Shown here one piece after another: positions 24,059-25,788 of a stretch of DNA of 25,788 nt. The position numbers and the translations under genes were made by a program. This DNA is from a virus. Its lineage: Duplodnaviria; Caudoviricetes. The stretch's first letter is position 1. Every line of letters begins with the position of its first letter. Under the pieces are notes generated by a model, which was not told where the DNA came from, did no database searches, and saw nothing but the letters and a program-made list of their open reading frames with translations. The stretch is from IMG/VR virus record IMGVR_UViG_3300025084_000191, positions 1-25,788 of that record. One strand, written 5' to 3'.

Positions 24059-24808
24059 TTATAAAGGCATTAACAGATTTAGAGGTGTTTTTCCGTTATT
24101 TAAGACTATTGCACAACCAACTGCAGGACGTTTTCCATACTTTGCATAAGCCATTGCGTATGCTTTGTGATTAATTCCACAGCCAACCTGAGTTCCAAAG
24201 ACTCTGAACTTTTTACCAACATAATGCTCTGTATAACATTGTGTATGTAGGTGTCCTTGTACGGTATTCATCATATCTGCACGACATTTAGTCCTAGCCG
24301 TACCACCTTCTCCGTGTATATACTGTACATTATCTACTTCATATCTTTCCACAAAGTTCCAATCTGGTGTCTCTAATACTTCTTTATAAGACTTAATCCA
24401 TTTGCTAGGTATTGAGCTAGTCTGTGCCTTACGCATTATAATTCTGTCATGGTTTCCTATGATTACAGTAGCTTTAGGAAAAGCATTTCTCCATCTTGCA
24501 ATACGTTTGATAGCAAATTCTAATTCATCTGCACCACCCATGCCATCTGCTGAGGTTTCATGGTAGCTAGAAAAATGGTTGTCTATTACGTCTCCAATAA
24601 AGACTACTTCAGTGCATTTATAAGCATAGTATTGTTCTATGCACCAATCAAGATAGCCGTCTAAACAGAATGGTTCGTGCAAGTCTCCTATAACTAATAC
24701 GTTACGATTTTCAGACTCTCTCATTTTCTGTAAAGCGACTATCTCATGTGGCTTTAATCTATAACGATTATTTCTTTGACTTTCCAAAATCTGCGAATGA
24801 TTGTCCAC
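24059..24808 (-). CDS. Calcineurin-like metallophosphoesterase
   Basis: GDLH, GDVID, GNHD, HG and GHLH motifs. Exact start uncertain (GTG 24808 or TTG 24787). Confidence 0.9.
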   Translation of the reverse strand: MDNHSQILESQRNNRYRLKPHEIVALQKMRESENRNVLVIGDLHEPFCLDGYLDWCIEQYYAYKCTEVVFIGDVIDNHFSSYHETSADGMGGADELEFAIKRIARWRNAFPKATVIIGNHDRIIMRKAQTSSIPSKWIKSYKEVLETPDWNFVERYEVDNVQYIHGEGGTARTKCRADMMNTVQGHLHTQCYTEHYVGKKFRVFGTQVGCGINHKAYAMAYAKYGKRPAVGCAIVLNNGKTPLNLLMPL

Positions 24809-24956
24809 CTAGCATAGCGATTAATGACCACCAAATTTTAGATACTGATTCTTCATCTACATTTAAAGCATTTGCAATTAAAGGAATAACAATAGATGCT
24901 AGTCCTAACCATACCTTCTTAGATGTAAGAAGTTGTGTAAGAATGTAATTTTTCAT
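24768..24956 (-). CDS. Putative holin (two hydrophobic segments), 62 aa
   Basis: SKKVW followed by two transmembrane-like segments and a basic C-tail; adjacent to the endolysin. Confidence 0.65.
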   Translation of the reverse strand: MKNYILTQLLTSKKVWLGLASIVIPLIANALNVDEESVSKIWWSLIAMLGGQSFADFGKSKK

Positions 24957-24957
24957 T

Positions 24958-25476
24958 TTATTTATTTTTAATTATTAATTTAATATTTTCCCCCCCCAAA
25001 TATATAATTTCCTGCATAAGTAAATCCATAGCCAAAGATGAATTACTAACAAAGTCTTGTTGACGTTTCTGCCCTACTAGAATACAACCCCTTGAATCTT
25101 CTGCTTTATTGCCTTTGTGAAATAGTATATAGTCTCTATTAGGAACATCTTGTACTAATAGGTGTAAATAGTCTCTTGTACCACTTTCTCTAGGGTATCT
25201 AAGCCTTACATTATATTCTCCGATAGGAATACTAGAGATACGTCTTTGATTATCTTTATAAGGCAATTCTAAAGTATCACAGAACATTTCTCCATTTACG
25301 TGCAACTTGCCAATTATTGACTTTTTTGTAAAAGTATCTCTAATTAAAACTAGATTAACGACCTTGTCCTCTGTAAGTGTTTTTGTCTTGCTTTGAATGC
25401 CTACCTTTCCTTTTTCTTCTAACGCTCTTAGAAGTGCTTGAAATAACTTTACGAGCCATTTATTTATCTTCTTCAA
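24958..25476 (-). CDS. DUF5675 family putative endolysin
   Basis: LIRD....SIIGKL, CDTLE, IPIGEY, VPNRDYILFHKGN and DSRGCILVG (His/Cys catalytic-type motif). TTG start. Confidence 0.8.
   Translation of the reverse strand: MKKINKWLVKLFQALLRALEEKGKVGIQSKTKTLTEDKVVNLVLIRDTFTKKSIIGKLHVNGEMFCDTLELPYKDNQRRISSIPIGEYNVRLRYPRESGTRDYLHLLVQDVPNRDYILFHKGNKAEDSRGCILVGQKRQQDFVSNSSLAMDLLMQEIIYLGGENIKLIIKNK
25355..25459 (-). CDS. Nested basic peptide, 34 aa (MARKVISSTSKSVRRKRKGRHSKQDKNTYRGQGR)
   Basis: ATG immediately follows the stop of the upstream membrane protein; lies in another frame inside the endolysin 5' end; ends in YRGQGR. Confidence 0.7.
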   Translation of the reverse strand: MARKVISSTSKSVRRKRKGRHSKQDKNTYRGQGR

Positions 25477-25618
25477 ATTTAATAAATTTATATATAGTAA
25501 ATAGTATCGCTAAAATTAACGATATTAATGTTAAATATTGATTGCATTCAGTTATGCTAAATCCAATAGCTGATGCGTTAGCTAATCCTACTTGTAGTGT
25601 GTCTCTTAGGTCGTTCAT
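25460..25618 (-). CDS. Small membrane protein, holin/antiholin-like, 52 aa (not in ORF track)
   Basis: MNDLRDTLQVGLANASAIGFSITECNQYLTLISLILAILFTIYKFIKFEEDK; clear transmembrane helix; upstream of the endolysin. Confidence 0.7.
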   Translation of the reverse strand: MNDLRDTLQVGLANASAIGFSITECNQYLTLISLILAILFTIYKFIKFEEDK

Positions 25619-25700
25619 TCTTATTATTTTTTGGCTTACTCTCTAAGTAGGATTTCAGCTTAGTTACATTAATTATTTTTGGTTTATAGTGTTTCTTCAT
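25578..25700 (-). CDS. Small basic protein, 40 aa (MKKHYKPKIINVTKLKSYLESK...)
   Basis: TAATG coupling to the upstream stop. Confidence 0.5.
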   Translation of the reverse strand: MKKHYKPKIINVTKLKSYLESKPKNNKNERPKRHTTSRIS

Positions 25701-25788
25701 TATACGTAATCAGATGCGTTTAAAAAGTTTCTTAAAGTAAGTCTAGTTCCCTGTTGTCTAGGTCTCTCTAGGTTCATTCCATTATAGT
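25700..25788 (-). CDS. 3' end of an upstream gene, probably a head-tail connector-type structural protein (partial)
   Basis: Open frame from the window edge: YNGMNLERPRQQGTRLTLRNFLNASDYV*. The function is a recollection of similar C-termini and is weakly supported. Confidence 0.45.
   Translation of the reverse strand, partial: YNGMNLERPRQQGTRLTLRNFLNASDYV

Noticed and set aside
1672-24948. All + strand ORFs in the track (e.g. 2619-3116, 10361-10696, 16663-17487)
   Set aside because: They lie antisense to well-supported minus-strand genes, have Ser/Leu/Phe-rich shadow composition and show no recognisable motifs.

Overview
About 26 kb of an AT-rich tailed phage genome (probably siphovirus-like), with essentially all real genes on the minus strand. 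The host is most likely Bacteroidota (Flavobacteriia-like), inferred from TAnnTTTG promoters, A-rich leaders lacking Shine-Dalgarno sites and a DUF3127 SSB. In transcription order (right to left): end of a structural gene; lysis cassette (two holin-like proteins, DUF5675 endolysin, nested basic peptide); metallophosphoesterase; early genes; SSB, DnaA-domain-IV-like protein and initiator; NinG; phage sigma factor; a ParB / TAGT glycosyltransferase / NDP-sugar epimerase module welded to terS-terL; tail chaperone with a -1 frameshift; tail genes; tape measure; protease; scaffold; capsid; major tail protein. No portal, integrase, DNA polymerase, tRNA or CRISPR array was seen. Highlights the ORF track misses: (1) a complete type I hammerhead ribozyme between two early genes; (2) a putative packaging-linked DNA glycosylation module with no TET/JBP or methyltransferase in view; (3) a candidate ~40-nt antisense-strand sRNA whose 5' end is complementary to repeated early-gene leaders; (4) a five-copy late-promoter motif, mostly driving near-leaderless mRNAs; (5) a non-canonical terL start; (6) several hidden micro-ORFs; (7) a lambda-like iteron origin; (8) apparent GATC avoidance. 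Protein family calls come from motif recognition by eye, not database searches.
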